Assembly (NCBI GenBank): GCA_965217775.1
Contig: CBDCJH010000002.1
Span: forward strand, 4,288,001 to 4,352,000
DNA length: 64,000 nucleotides
Direction of reading: 5' to 3'
Source: Acidobacteriota bacterium
GTDB taxonomy: Bacteria; Acidobacteriota; UBA6911; RPQK01; JAJDTT01
The notes under the pieces were generated by a model. That model made no database searches. It was not told where the DNA came from and saw only the letters and a program-made list of their open reading frames with translations. This document shows positions 29,250 through 38,789 of this stretch, one piece after another (the first letter of the stretch is position 1; each line of letters begins with the position of its first letter). The translations under genes were made by a program, and so were the position numbers.

Positions 29250-32183
29250 TCAGGGGCAAAGGTTTTCCTCTCCCATCAGCGACGCCAGCAACTCCATGGA
29301 GGAGACCGCCTGTCGATCCGTGAAGTGATCGATCTGGTGCCGGCAGGAGAAACCGGGCGCCACCACCGCGGTCCCGGCGGCGGCTTCCCGGAGAGCCGGA
29401 AAGAGGCGCAGCTCTCCCACCGCGCGGGAGACCTCGTAGTGCTTGCGCTCGTAACCGAACATTCCGGCCATGCCGCAGCAGCCGCTGTCCAGCGGAGTGA
29501 CCTGCGCTCCCGGGATCCGGGACAGGAGTTCGACGGCCGGTCCCATTCCCACCAGGGCCTTCTGATGGCAGTGGCCGTGGAGCAGAATTTGTCGGGACTT
29601 CGGAAGTCCGTTTCCCAGCAGCCCGCCGACCTCCGCTTCCGGCAGAGCCTCCAGCGCCTTACCACACCACTCTTCGAAGGTTCGGGCCGCCCGGGCCACC
29701 GCTTGGGCCTGTTCCCGCATCGAGGCGGGCACCAGGTGCGGATGATCGTCGCGGACGGCCGAATAACAACTGGGCTCGCAGAAGACGATTGTGACCCCCC
29801 GCCGCACCAGGGGGATCAGGGTCCGGGTGCTGGATTCGGCCTGACGGACCGCCTGCCGCAGGAACCCCTTGGAGATGAGAGGCCGTCCGCAGCAGACCCG
29901 GGAGGGCACCACGACCCGGGCCCCCAGGCGCCGGGCCACCCGCACCGCGGCCACGGCATGCTGCGGCTCGAAGTAGTTGGTGAAGGTGTCGGCGAAGACG
30001 GCCACCTCTCCCTCGCCTCCGGCGGCGGCGCCTTCGCGGTGGCGGGCCCACCAGTCGAGAAAGGTCCGGCCGGCGAAGGCGGGAAGCCGGCGGCGGCGGT
30101 CCAGGCCCAAGAGCTTTTCGTTCAGCCAGCGGCTCAGTCTCCCGGCCGAGAGCCAGTTGGACACCGGCGCCAGACGGCTGCCCATGCGCGCCAGCAGATC
30201 CATGCGGGAGGCGACCCGAGCGCCGAGGGGAGCGCCGTGACGGGCATGGTAGTGGTGCAGGTACTCGCTCTTGAGCCGGGCCATGTCCACACCGGTGGGA
30301 CACTCGGTCTTGCAGGCCTTGCACTCCAGGCAGAGATCCAGCACCGGATACAGGTCCTTGTCCGCCAGACCGTCGGGGCCGAGCTGACCCGAGATGGCCA
30401 GGCGCAAGGCGTTGGCCCGGCCGCGGGTGACGTCGGTCTCGTCCCGGGTGGCCCGGTAGGAGGGACACATGGTGGCGGTGAGGCTCTGGCGACAGGCGCC
30501 CACCCCACTGCACTGCTCGGCGGCCCGTGAAATCCCTCCGTAGTCGGAGAAATCGAAGACGGTCTCCACCTCGCGGGTCGTGTAGTCCGTGCCGAACTTG
30601 AGATTCTCGGTGATGGGCGGCGCGTCGACGATCTTGCCTGGATTGAAGACGCCGGCGGGGTCGAAGGCCGCCTTGAGCCGGCGGAAGGCCTGGTACAGGA
30701 TCGGGCCGTACATCTTCTCCTGAAACGGGCTCCGGACCAGACCGTCCCCGTGCTCCGCCGAAAGGGCGCCGCCGTACTCCAGGACCAGGTCCGAGACCTC
30801 CCCGGCGATGCGGGCGAACTTCTCCACACCGTCCGCAGTCTTGAGATCCACTACGGGACGAACATGAAGTAGACCGACCGAGGCGTGGGCATAGAATCCT
30901 GCCCGGGTTTCGTGGCGCTCCAGCACTTCCATGAAGCGCCGGATGTACTCCTTGAGATGCTCCGGCGCCACCGCCGTGTCCTCCACGAAGGAGTGGGCCT
31001 TGGCGTCGCCCCGCTGGGACATGGACAAGCCGAGCCCGGCCTTGCGCAACCGCCAGATACGGGCCTGGGCCTCCGGCTTCAGGGCCCGGTGGAAGTGGCT
31101 GCCCATTTCCCGGTTCGCCAGATCCGCTTCCAGGCGGTCGACTCGCCCCGCGAGCTCCTGCAGCGTGTCTCCCGTGAGCTCCACCAGCAGGACGCCTCCG
31201 GGGTCTCCCACGATGAAGTCGCGCAACGGCTCATACTCGGTCTTGCCCTTGGTCGTATCCAGGATGAAGCGGTCCAGGAGCTCCACCGCCGACGGGCTAT
31301 GCTCCAGAATCGGAGACACCGCGTCCAGGGCATCCAGGACCCCGTCGAACTGGACCGAGCAGAGCACCCTCCGCTTGGGGAGTGGGACCAGGCGGAGCTT
31401 GGCCGCCACGGCCAGGCCCAGAGTGCCTTCCGATCCCACCATGATCCGGGACAGGTTGAAGGTGTCGGCCGAGGGGACGAAGTCGTCCAGGTTGTAGCCG
31501 CCGACCCGGCGCAGGATCTTGGGGTACCTCCGGTCGATCTCCGCGGCATGGCGGCGCGCCAGGTAGCGCACCATCCGGTAGCAGTGACCCTCCAGGTCCC
31601 GGCTCCGGCAGCGGGCGTCCAGATCTTCCTTCGCCACGGGAGCGAAATGCACCAGGCTCCCGTCCGAAAGCACCACGTCCAGCTCCAGAACGTAGTCGAT
31701 GGTCTTACCGTAGACCACGGAACGGGTCCCCGCCGAGTTGTTGGCCATGGCGCCGCCCACCGTGGCCCGGTTCGAGGTGGAGAGATCCAACGGCAGGACG
31801 AGGCCGTGGGGTTTGAGGGCGAGATTCAGCTCGTCCAGGACGATCCCCGGCTCCACCACCACGGTTCGGCCCTCCACGTCCAGGTCCAGGATCCGGTTCA
31901 TGTACTTGGAGAAGTCCAGTTGGAGGCCGCTGCCGATGGCCTGGCCCGCCTGGGAGGTCCCACCGCCCCGGGCGGTGATGGGAACGCCGTAGCGGCGGCA
32001 GGTGCGGACGGTCCGGATCACGTCCTCCACGCACCGGGGGAGCACCACCCCCTGGGGCATGATCTGGTAGATGCTGGCGTCGGTGGAGTAGATGGCCCTG
32101 GAGATCCGGTCGAAGCGCACCTCCCCCTGGAGGGCGGAGCGGAGGGTCGATTCCAGGGTCTTGCTCAGGGATTCGGTCGCCAT
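29250..32183 (-). CDS. FAD-linked oxidase with C-terminal 4Fe-4S/CCG domains (YdiJ / GlcD-GlcF fusion type)
   Basis: YSTDASIY, RGGGTSQAGQ, GSEGTLG, SAEHGDG, CSGVGAC, CLECKACKTECP, CCGRP, HGHCHQ, SGCCGMAG. Confidence 0.93.
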   Translation of the reverse strand: MATESLSKTLESTLRSALQGEVRFDRISRAIYSTDASIYQIMPQGVVLPRCVEDVIRTVRTCRRYGVPITARGGGTSQAGQAIGSGLQLDFSKYMNRILDLDVEGRTVVVEPGIVLDELNLALKPHGLVLPLDLSTSNRATVGGAMANNSAGTRSVVYGKTIDYVLELDVVLSDGSLVHFAPVAKEDLDARCRSRDLEGHCYRMVRYLARRHAAEIDRRYPKILRRVGGYNLDDFVPSADTFNLSRIMVGSEGTLGLAVAAKLRLVPLPKRRVLCSVQFDGVLDALDAVSPILEHSPSAVELLDRFILDTTKGKTEYEPLRDFIVGDPGGVLLVELTGDTLQELAGRVDRLEADLANREMGSHFHRALKPEAQARIWRLRKAGLGLSMSQRGDAKAHSFVEDTAVAPEHLKEYIRRFMEVLERHETRAGFYAHASVGLLHVRPVVDLKTADGVEKFARIAGEVSDLVLEYGGALSAEHGDGLVRSPFQEKMYGPILYQAFRRLKAAFDPAGVFNPGKIVDAPPITENLKFGTDYTTREVETVFDFSDYGGISRAAEQCSGVGACRQSLTATMCPSYRATRDETDVTRGRANALRLAISGQLGPDGLADKDLYPVLDLCLECKACKTECPTGVDMARLKSEYLHHYHARHGAPLGARVASRMDLLARMGSRLAPVSNWLSAGRLSRWLNEKLLGLDRRRRLPAFAGRTFLDWWARHREGAAAGGEGEVAVFADTFTNYFEPQHAVAAVRVARRLGARVVVPSRVCCGRPLISKGFLRQAVRQAESSTRTLIPLVRRGVTIVFCEPSCYSAVRDDHPHLVPASMREQAQAVARAARTFEEWCGKALEALPEAEVGGLLGNGLPKSRQILLHGHCHQKALVGMGPAVELLSRIPGAQVTPLDSGCCGMAGMFGYERKHYEVSRAVGELRLFPALREAAAGTAVVAPGFSCRHQIDHFTDRQAVSSMELLASLMGEENLCP

Positions 32184-32199
32184 GCCTAACTGGCCGGGG

Positions 32200-32616
32200 T
32201 CAAGGAAGGACCGCCACGGCCTTGATCTCCACCAGGGCGTCGGACCCGCCCAGGGACTGGATGTTGATCAGGGTGTTGGCGGGATAGTCGGCGTTGGGAT
32301 AGAGGTCGACGAAGAGCTCGGACCGCGCCTTCAGAAAGGGCCGCACCGATGCCACACCCACCAGATAAGTGGTGAATTCCACCACGTCCTGAAAAGAAGC
32401 GCCCGCGCTCTTCAGGACGAGGCCCAGATTGGCGAACACCTGCCGGGTCTGCGCCTCGGCGTCCCCTTTACCTATGATCTCCCCCTTGGAATTCTGGGCC
32501 ACCTGGCCGGCGATGAACAGGAAATGACCTCCCCGGACCCGGATGGCCTCGGAGTACTGTCCCGTCGGCGCCGGTATTCCCTCCGGCTCGATGACGGTTC
32601 TGCGAGATGACTGCAT
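32200..32616 (-). CDS. RidA/YjgF family protein
   Basis: PTGQYSEAI, LFIAGQV, AQTRQVFANL, LVEIKAVA; PANTL replaces the usual PAR motif. Confidence 0.88.
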   Translation of the reverse strand: MQSSRRTVIEPEGIPAPTGQYSEAIRVRGGHFLFIAGQVAQNSKGEIIGKGDAEAQTRQVFANLGLVLKSAGASFQDVVEFTTYLVGVASVRPFLKARSELFVDLYPNADYPANTLINIQSLGGSDALVEIKAVAVLP

Positions 32617-32651
32617 TCAACCGGCCTCCTTGAAAACTGCGAACACTCCGA

Positions 32652-34016
32652 TCAGAGGATCCCCAACGCCCACAGCAGATAGACCACGGCGAAGGAGACT
32701 CCTCCCCCCACTAGCGTGCCGCCGCCGTAGCCCCAGATGGCTTCTCTCACGGGCAGACCGCTCAGCGACGTGCAGACCCAGAAATAGCTGCTGTTGACGT
32801 ACTTGATGATCACCGACCCGCAGGCCCCGGCCAGCATGGCCGCTTCGGGCGACAGGGAGAGGTCATCCAGCATGGGCGCCACCAGAGAGGCCGCCGTGAT
32901 GACTCCCACGGTGGTGGACCCGGTGATCATGTTTCCCAGGATGCCGATGACGAAGGGCAGCAGGATCGCCGGCAGTCCCGACGCCGCGAAGGCCTCGGCC
33001 AGCACTCCCACCGCCGGCGTCGCCTTGAGAATGGCGCTCAGGGAACCGCCCAGACCGGTGACCACCAGGATCATGGCGGAGGCCCGGAGCCCGTCCTCGA
33101 TCCAAACGGACCGGGCCGATTTCCGATCCTCGGGGCTCCGGATGTTCCACCAGGCCAGGACCAGTCCGATGGACAGGGCGATCACGGGCCATCCCAGATA
33201 CTCCAGGATCCGGCGCGCCGGATGACCCTCCTCCAAGAGGAATCGGACCACGCTCTGGCTCGAAATCAACACGACCGGAACGGCGATGGGGGCGTAGGAT
33301 CGCAAGGTTCCCGGACGGCCCGCGCCTTCCTCCTCCGAGACCGGATCTTCCGAGAACTCCTCGGAAGGAAGGGTCCGGAGGCGGGGCCCCACCAGGTACT
33401 GGCCCCACACCCACCCGGCCAGGGACCCGGCCAGGCAGGCAAGGCTGCCGTAGATGATGGTCCGGCCGATGTCGGCACCCACCAGGGCCGCGGCCGCCAA
33501 CGGACCCGGCGTGGGAGGGACCACGGCATGGGTCAATTGGATCGCGGACACCAGGCCGATGGACATGACGCCCATGCCGACGCCCATGACCCGGGCCGCG
33601 GAGTGGACCAGAGGATTCAGGATGACGTAGGCCACGTCCGAGAAGATGGCCACCCCCAGGACGAAGCCGCTCAGGGTCAGAGCCAAGGGCATTCGGTGCG
33701 CCCCCGCCAGGTTCACCATGGACCGTGTGATGACCTGGATGGCCCCGGTGTGCTTGAGGAACTCGGCGATGATGGAGCCCAGAACGATGACCACGCCGAT
33801 CTTCCCCAGGGTGTTGCCGAAGCCCTCCTGGAAGGCCTGGATGAAGACGGAGCGCCGGACTCCGGGCATCAGGCCCAGCAGGAGAAGCGGGACCATGAGG
33901 GCCAGAAAGACGTGCCACTTCCAGCGCGCCGCCAGGAACAGGAGCAGGACGACGACGCAGAAGAAACCGACCAGCGCCAGGACGGGATCGGAGATGGCCT
34001 GCCGGGAGGGGTCCAT
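32652..34016 (-). CDS. GntP family permease
   Basis: KWHVFLAL, GFGNTLGKIG, THAVVPPTPGPLAAA, GSTTVGVITAA, VNSSYFWV; multiple TM helices. Confidence 0.9.
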   Translation of the reverse strand: MDPSRQAISDPVLALVGFFCVVVLLLFLAARWKWHVFLALMVPLLLLGLMPGVRRSVFIQAFQEGFGNTLGKIGVVIVLGSIIAEFLKHTGAIQVITRSMVNLAGAHRMPLALTLSGFVLGVAIFSDVAYVILNPLVHSAARVMGVGMGVMSIGLVSAIQLTHAVVPPTPGPLAAAALVGADIGRTIIYGSLACLAGSLAGWVWGQYLVGPRLRTLPSEEFSEDPVSEEEGAGRPGTLRSYAPIAVPVVLISSQSVVRFLLEEGHPARRILEYLGWPVIALSIGLVLAWWNIRSPEDRKSARSVWIEDGLRASAMILVVTGLGGSLSAILKATPAVGVLAEAFAASGLPAILLPFVIGILGNMITGSTTVGVITAASLVAPMLDDLSLSPEAAMLAGACGSVIIKYVNSSYFWVCTSLSGLPVREAIWGYGGGTLVGGGVSFAVVYLLWALGIL

Positions 34017-34028
34017 GGCTATGTCCGT

Positions 34029-35219
34029 TTAAGAGGAACGGGATAGAAACTGTAGGGCGGCGCCAACGCCTCCCCGACGATGGGGCACGCCGGCCAGCTC
34101 CAGACCCATCTCCACGCCGCAGAGGGTCCCCGCCAGCATCAACTCGTTGAAGTCACCCAGGTGTCCGATCCGAAAGACCCGCCCCCGCACCCTTCCCAGT
34201 CCCGTGCCCAGGGACATGTCGAAGCGCTCCAGGATCAGCTTTCGCAGCCGGTCCGCATCGTGACCGTCCGGAAGGCGTACCGCCGTCAAGGAATCCGAGT
34301 ACTCCCGCGGGTCGAGAGCCTGCAGCTCCAGACCCCAGCCCCGGACTGCCCTCCGGGTGGCTTCGGCCAAGCGGGCATGGCGGGCGAAGACGTTCTCCAG
34401 CCCCTCCTCCAGCAGCATGTCCAGGGCCACGTCCAGTCCGTAGAGCAGATTGGAGGCAGGGGTGTAGGGGAAGAACCCCTTTGCGTTGGCTTCCACCACC
34501 GGCTTCCAGTCCCAGTAGGACCGGGGCAAGCGGGCCTCCTCGGTGGCGGCCAGTGCCTTTTCGCTCAGGGCGTTCAATCCCAGGCCCGGAGGCAGCATCA
34601 GCCCCTTCTGGGAGGCGGCGACGGTCACGTCCACGCCCCATTCGTCGTGGCGGTAGTCCAGGGACCCCAGCGAGGAGATGGTGTCCACCAGGAGCAGGGA
34701 GGGATGTCCCGCGCGGTCCATGGCTTGGCGAATCGCCGCCACGTCGCTGGTGACGCCGGTGGAGGTTTCATTGTGCACCACACCCACCGCCCGAATTCGG
34801 TGGGAGGCATCCCGGGACAACCTGGATTCGACCTCGGCCGGGTCGACTCCCCGGCGCCAGTCTCCCGGCACCAGCTCCACCTCCAGCCCCAGGCGCCGGG
34901 CTATCTGGGACCAGAGTAACGCGAAGTGTCCGGTCTCGAACATGAGGACCCGGTCCCCGGGGGAGAGCGTGTTCACCAGGGCCGCTTCCCAGGCGCCGGT
35001 CCCGGAGGAGGGATAGAGAAGGACCGGGCCCCGGGTCTTAAACACTTCCCGGAGACGGCGCAGGACCCGCAGCGTCAGTTGCGCCAGTTCCGGTCCCCGA
35101 TGGTCCTCGGTGGCGCGCGACATGGCGCGCAGGACCCTTTCGGGAACGTTGGTGGGACCTGGGATCTGCAGGAAATGGCGACCGGACCGGCACCCCTCGG
35201 AGTCAGACATGGGGGCCAC
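34029..35219 (-). CDS. Class V PLP aminotransferase (serine-glyoxylate aminotransferase-like)
   Basis: GRHFLQIPGPTNVP, SGTGAWEAALVN, HNETSTG, DTISSL, SQKGLMLPPG, FRIGHLG. Confidence 0.93.
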   Translation of the reverse strand: MAPMSDSEGCRSGRHFLQIPGPTNVPERVLRAMSRATEDHRGPELAQLTLRVLRRLREVFKTRGPVLLYPSSGTGAWEAALVNTLSPGDRVLMFETGHFALLWSQIARRLGLEVELVPGDWRRGVDPAEVESRLSRDASHRIRAVGVVHNETSTGVTSDVAAIRQAMDRAGHPSLLLVDTISSLGSLDYRHDEWGVDVTVAASQKGLMLPPGLGLNALSEKALAATEEARLPRSYWDWKPVVEANAKGFFPYTPASNLLYGLDVALDMLLEEGLENVFARHARLAEATRRAVRGWGLELQALDPREYSDSLTAVRLPDGHDADRLRKLILERFDMSLGTGLGRVRGRVFRIGHLGDFNELMLAGTLCGVEMGLELAGVPHRRGGVGAALQFLSRSS

Positions 35220-35252
35220 AGGATAGCAGCGCCGTCGCCGCGAATACAGGAA

Positions 35253-35412
35253 GGAGGGGCGATTTCCAGTCGCCCATTCCCTTCTCGGTCCGTTGGAACT
35301 TTGGAGTGTGGCGGTTGGAAGTCGGCGTTCCTACGGGGCGGCTGGAAACCGCCCTTCCTGTTCGGCGGTTGGAAACCGCCGCTCCTTGTTCGGCGGTTGG
35401 AAACCGGCGCTC
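35253..35412. repeat. REP cluster of the same family as 19923-20077
   Basis: GGAGGGGCGATTTCCAGTCGCCC, then inverted units at 35310, 35336, 35364 and 35392. Confidence 0.85.
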
Positions 35413-35496
35413 GCTGTATAGTATTTGGGACATGGGCAATCGGCCCGTCTGTCCGGTCGAATGCGGGGACGATTATTTCCGCGAGTTGGGAATGCC

Positions 35497-37386
35497 ATGA
35501 AGAAAACGATCCTTTTCCTCTCCTTCATCGGGAACTTCCTTCTCCTCTCCGGCCAGGAGATGGGCCAGAAGGAGTACGTTCGGGCCAACTACGGCAAGTT
35601 CGAGTACCAGGTTCCCATGCGGGACGGAGTCCGGCTCTTCACCGCCGTCTACGTGCCCAATGACCGCTCCCGGACCTACCCCATCCTGCTCTATCGCACG
35701 CCCTACAGTTCCCGGCCCTACGGCCCGGACCGCTACCGGTCCTCGCTGGGTCCCACCCCAAAATTCGCCCGGGACGGATATATCTTCGTCTACCAGGACG
35801 TGCGCGGCCGGTACATGTCCGAAGGGGAATTCGTCCAATTGACGCCTCATCTGACGGAGAAGAGCACCCCTCAAGACATCGACGAGAGCACCGACACCTA
35901 CGACACCATCGAATGGCTGATCACCCACCTGACGGGACACAACGGACGGGTGGGCCAGTGGGGCATCTCCTACCCCGGGTTCTATACGGCGGCCGGCATG
36001 ATCGACTCCCACCCGGCCCTGAAGGCGGCTTCGCCCCAGGCCCCCGTGGGCGATTTCTATTTCGACGACTTCCATCATCACGGCGCCTTCTTCCTGGCGC
36101 ACGCCTTCACCTTCTTCGCGCGGCACGCCAAACCGAGGCCCGAGCCCACCACCGAGCCGTTGCTCCCCTTCAAATTCCCCACGCCGGACGGATACCAGTT
36201 CTTTCTGGACCTGGGTCCCCTTTCGAACCTCAACCGGGTTCACCTCAAGAGTGAGGTCCAATTCTGGAACCAGATGATGGAGCATCCCCGCTACGACTCC
36301 TTCTGGAGCAAGCGGGGGATCGTCCGGCACCTCAAGAACGTCCGCTGCGCGGTGATGACCGTGGGGGGTTGGTTCGACGCCGAGGATCTCTACGGTCCGC
36401 TCGAGATCTACCGTTCGGTGGAGCGGAACAACCCCGACATCTCCAACGTCCTGGTGATGGGCCCGTGGGCTCACGGCGACTGGGGTCGGCGATCGGGTTC
36501 GGGCCTGGGCAATGCCCGCTTCGGCTTCGACACCTCCGATTTCTATCGGGAGCGGATCATCCGTCCCTTCTTCCGCTACCACCTGAAGGGGGAGGGCAAG
36601 GCCGACCTTCCCGAGGCCTACGTCTTCGAAACCGGCGCCAACCGGTGGCGGACCTTCGATTCCTGGCCTCCCCCCTCGCTCAAGCCGTACCGCCTCTACC
36701 TCCGGGGCCAGGGGAAACTTTCTCCTCAGCCTCCCGAGACCGGTCAGGAGGGGTTCGACGAATTCGTGAGCGATCCGGTCAAGCCGGTCCCCTTCAGCCA
36801 GGACATCTCCCCCGGGATGACCCGGGAGTACATGACCGACGACCAGAGATTCGCGGCGCGGCGTCCCGACGTGCTGGCTTATCAGACCCCGGTCCTGGAA
36901 CAGGACCTGACCTTGGCCGGACCGCTGGAGGCCGAGCTCTGGGTCTCCACCACGGCCGGGGATGCCGACTGGGTGGTGAAGCTCATCGACGTTCTCCCCG
37001 ACTCGGCCCCGGACAACCGGCCCAACCCCCGGCGAGTTCGGATGGGGGGCTACCAGATGATGATCCGGAGTGAAGTGATCCGTGGGCGCTTCCGGAATTC
37101 CTACGAACAGCCGGAGCCATTCGAGCCGGGCCGGCCGACCCAGGTCCGGCTTCCCCTGCAGGACGTCTTCCACACTTTCAAGGCGGGACACCGGATCATG
37201 GTCCAGATTCAGAGCAGTTGGTTTCCACTGGTGGACCGGAACCCCCAGAAGTACGTCCCCAACATCTTCAAGGCGGGCGATGAGGATTTCATCCGGGCCA
37301 CCCACCGGGTCTACCGCTCCCCTCGGCATCCCACCCAACTGAAGCTGGGCGTGATCGAGCCGGCGGACCGTGCCCCGGAGCATTGA
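35497..37386 (+). CDS. CocE/NonD family hydrolase (alpha-amino acid ester hydrolase-like)
   Basis: MKKTILF signal peptide; VPMRDGVRL, RTPYS, QDVRGRYMSEG, GISYPG, GGWFDAED, GPWAHG. Confidence 0.93.
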   Translation: MKKTILFLSFIGNFLLLSGQEMGQKEYVRANYGKFEYQVPMRDGVRLFTAVYVPNDRSRTYPILLYRTPYSSRPYGPDRYRSSLGPTPKFARDGYIFVYQDVRGRYMSEGEFVQLTPHLTEKSTPQDIDESTDTYDTIEWLITHLTGHNGRVGQWGISYPGFYTAAGMIDSHPALKAASPQAPVGDFYFDDFHHHGAFFLAHAFTFFARHAKPRPEPTTEPLLPFKFPTPDGYQFFLDLGPLSNLNRVHLKSEVQFWNQMMEHPRYDSFWSKRGIVRHLKNVRCAVMTVGGWFDAEDLYGPLEIYRSVERNNPDISNVLVMGPWAHGDWGRRSGSGLGNARFGFDTSDFYRERIIRPFFRYHLKGEGKADLPEAYVFETGANRWRTFDSWPPPSLKPYRLYLRGQGKLSPQPPETGQEGFDEFVSDPVKPVPFSQDISPGMTREYMTDDQRFAARRPDVLAYQTPVLEQDLTLAGPLEAELWVSTTAGDADWVVKLIDVLPDSAPDNRPNPRRVRMGGYQMMIRSEVIRGRFRNSYEQPEPFEPGRPTQVRLPLQDVFHTFKAGHRIMVQIQSSWFPLVDRNPQKYVPNIFKAGDEDFIRATHRVYRSPRHPTQLKLGVIEPADRAPEH

Positions 37387-37412
37387 CTCCCTCCGGCAGG
37401 CGTGGCTAAACT
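37383..37412 (+). promoter_or_regulatory. sigma70-type promoter of the second DUF1501 cluster
   Basis: TTGACT-18 nt-TAAACT, 15 nt before ATG 37428. Confidence 0.5.
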
Positions 37413-37427
37413 GTTGAAAAGTAAATA

Positions 37428-38789
37428 ATGTTTCGCTTGGACACTCCGCACCCGGTTCCCTTTTGCGACGGCCTGAGCCGGCGGGATTTTCTCCATGCCG
37501 GCGCGCTGTCCTGCCTGGGTCTGAGCCTCGCCGACCTCTGCAGGCTGGAGGCCCGGGGCGCCGTGGACAAGAGCCGCGACGTCAACTGCATCTTTCTCTT
37601 CCTGGTGGGCGGCCCGTCCCAGATGGACACCTGGGACATGAAGCCGGAGGCGCCGTCCGAGATCCGCGGGCCCTACCGGCCCATCCCCACCAACGTTCCC
37701 GGGATCCGGATCTCGGAAATCTTCCCCCGAATGGCCCGCCATGCGGACCGCTACGCCCTGGTGCGATCCTTCCATCACAGTGTCCCCGCCCATCCCCTGG
37801 CCCACTACCTGGTCCAGACCGGCCAGACCTTCTCTCCCGGGATCGTCTATCCCAATCTGGGCTGTGCCGCCGGTTTTCTGAAGGGCGCCGAGTCCGAGTT
37901 GCCCCCTCATCTGGTCCTTCCCATCCCGCTGACGTCCCGCAAGGGACAGTCCGCCGGTTTTCTGGGCAAGACCCATGATCCTTTCCTGATCCACTCCGAC
38001 CCCTCGCGGGACGATTTCCGGATTCAGGACCTGGTTCCGCCGGAGTACGTCTCCGCCATCCGGGTGGAACGGGCCCGAGCCTTCCGGCACGTGGTCGACC
38101 GGGCATTCCGGACCTTCGAAGAGGGCAGCGCCGCGACCCGGCTTCTCGATTCCGCCTACCACCAGGCCTACAGCATCGTTTCCTCGGCCCAGGCCCGGGC
38201 TGCCTTCGACCTGAAGTCGGAGGAAGACCAGTTGCGCGACCGCTACGGGCGGAACCGGTTCGGCCAGAGCTGCCTGCTGGCGCGGCGGCTGGTGGAGGCG
38301 GGGGTCCGCTTCGTCACCATCAACATGTTCGACGATTTCGGGGGCGGCGTCTCCTGGGACGTTCACGGCTCGTCTCCCTTCAGTCCCATCACCGAGCTGG
38401 ACAAGCTGGGACCCATGTTCGACAACGCCTACACCTCCCTGATCGAGGACCTCCACGACCGGGGCCTGCTGGAGCAGACCCTGGTGGTGGCCATGGGAGA
38501 ATTCGGAAGGACTCCCAAGATCAACCCGGCCGGGGGGCGGGACCACTGGCCGTCGGTCTCGACCATCATCCTGGCGGGAGGGGGAATCCGGGGCGGACAG
38601 GTGGTCGGTTCTTCGGATCGAATCGCGGCCGAACCCCGCGATCGGCCCGTGGGACCCCAGGAGGTCCTGGCCACCATCTACAAGGCTCTGGGAATCGACC
38701 TGCATACCGATTTGCCCGGTCCCCAGAGCCGGCCCATTCCCATCGTGGACATCGGCGTGGAGCCGATTCACGAGCTCTTTGGCGGCTGA
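37428..38789 (+). CDS. DUF1501 family protein
   Basis: FCDGLSRRDFL, GGPSQMDTWDMKP, LLARRLVEAGVRFV, WDVH, GEFGRTPKIN..GRDHW. Confidence 0.92.
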   Translation: MFRLDTPHPVPFCDGLSRRDFLHAGALSCLGLSLADLCRLEARGAVDKSRDVNCIFLFLVGGPSQMDTWDMKPEAPSEIRGPYRPIPTNVPGIRISEIFPRMARHADRYALVRSFHHSVPAHPLAHYLVQTGQTFSPGIVYPNLGCAAGFLKGAESELPPHLVLPIPLTSRKGQSAGFLGKTHDPFLIHSDPSRDDFRIQDLVPPEYVSAIRVERARAFRHVVDRAFRTFEEGSAATRLLDSAYHQAYSIVSSAQARAAFDLKSEEDQLRDRYGRNRFGQSCLLARRLVEAGVRFVTINMFDDFGGGVSWDVHGSSPFSPITELDKLGPMFDNAYTSLIEDLHDRGLLEQTLVVAMGEFGRTPKINPAGGRDHWPSVSTIILAGGGIRGGQVVGSSDRIAAEPRDRPVGPQEVLATIYKALGIDLHTDLPGPQSRPIPIVDIGVEPIHELFGG

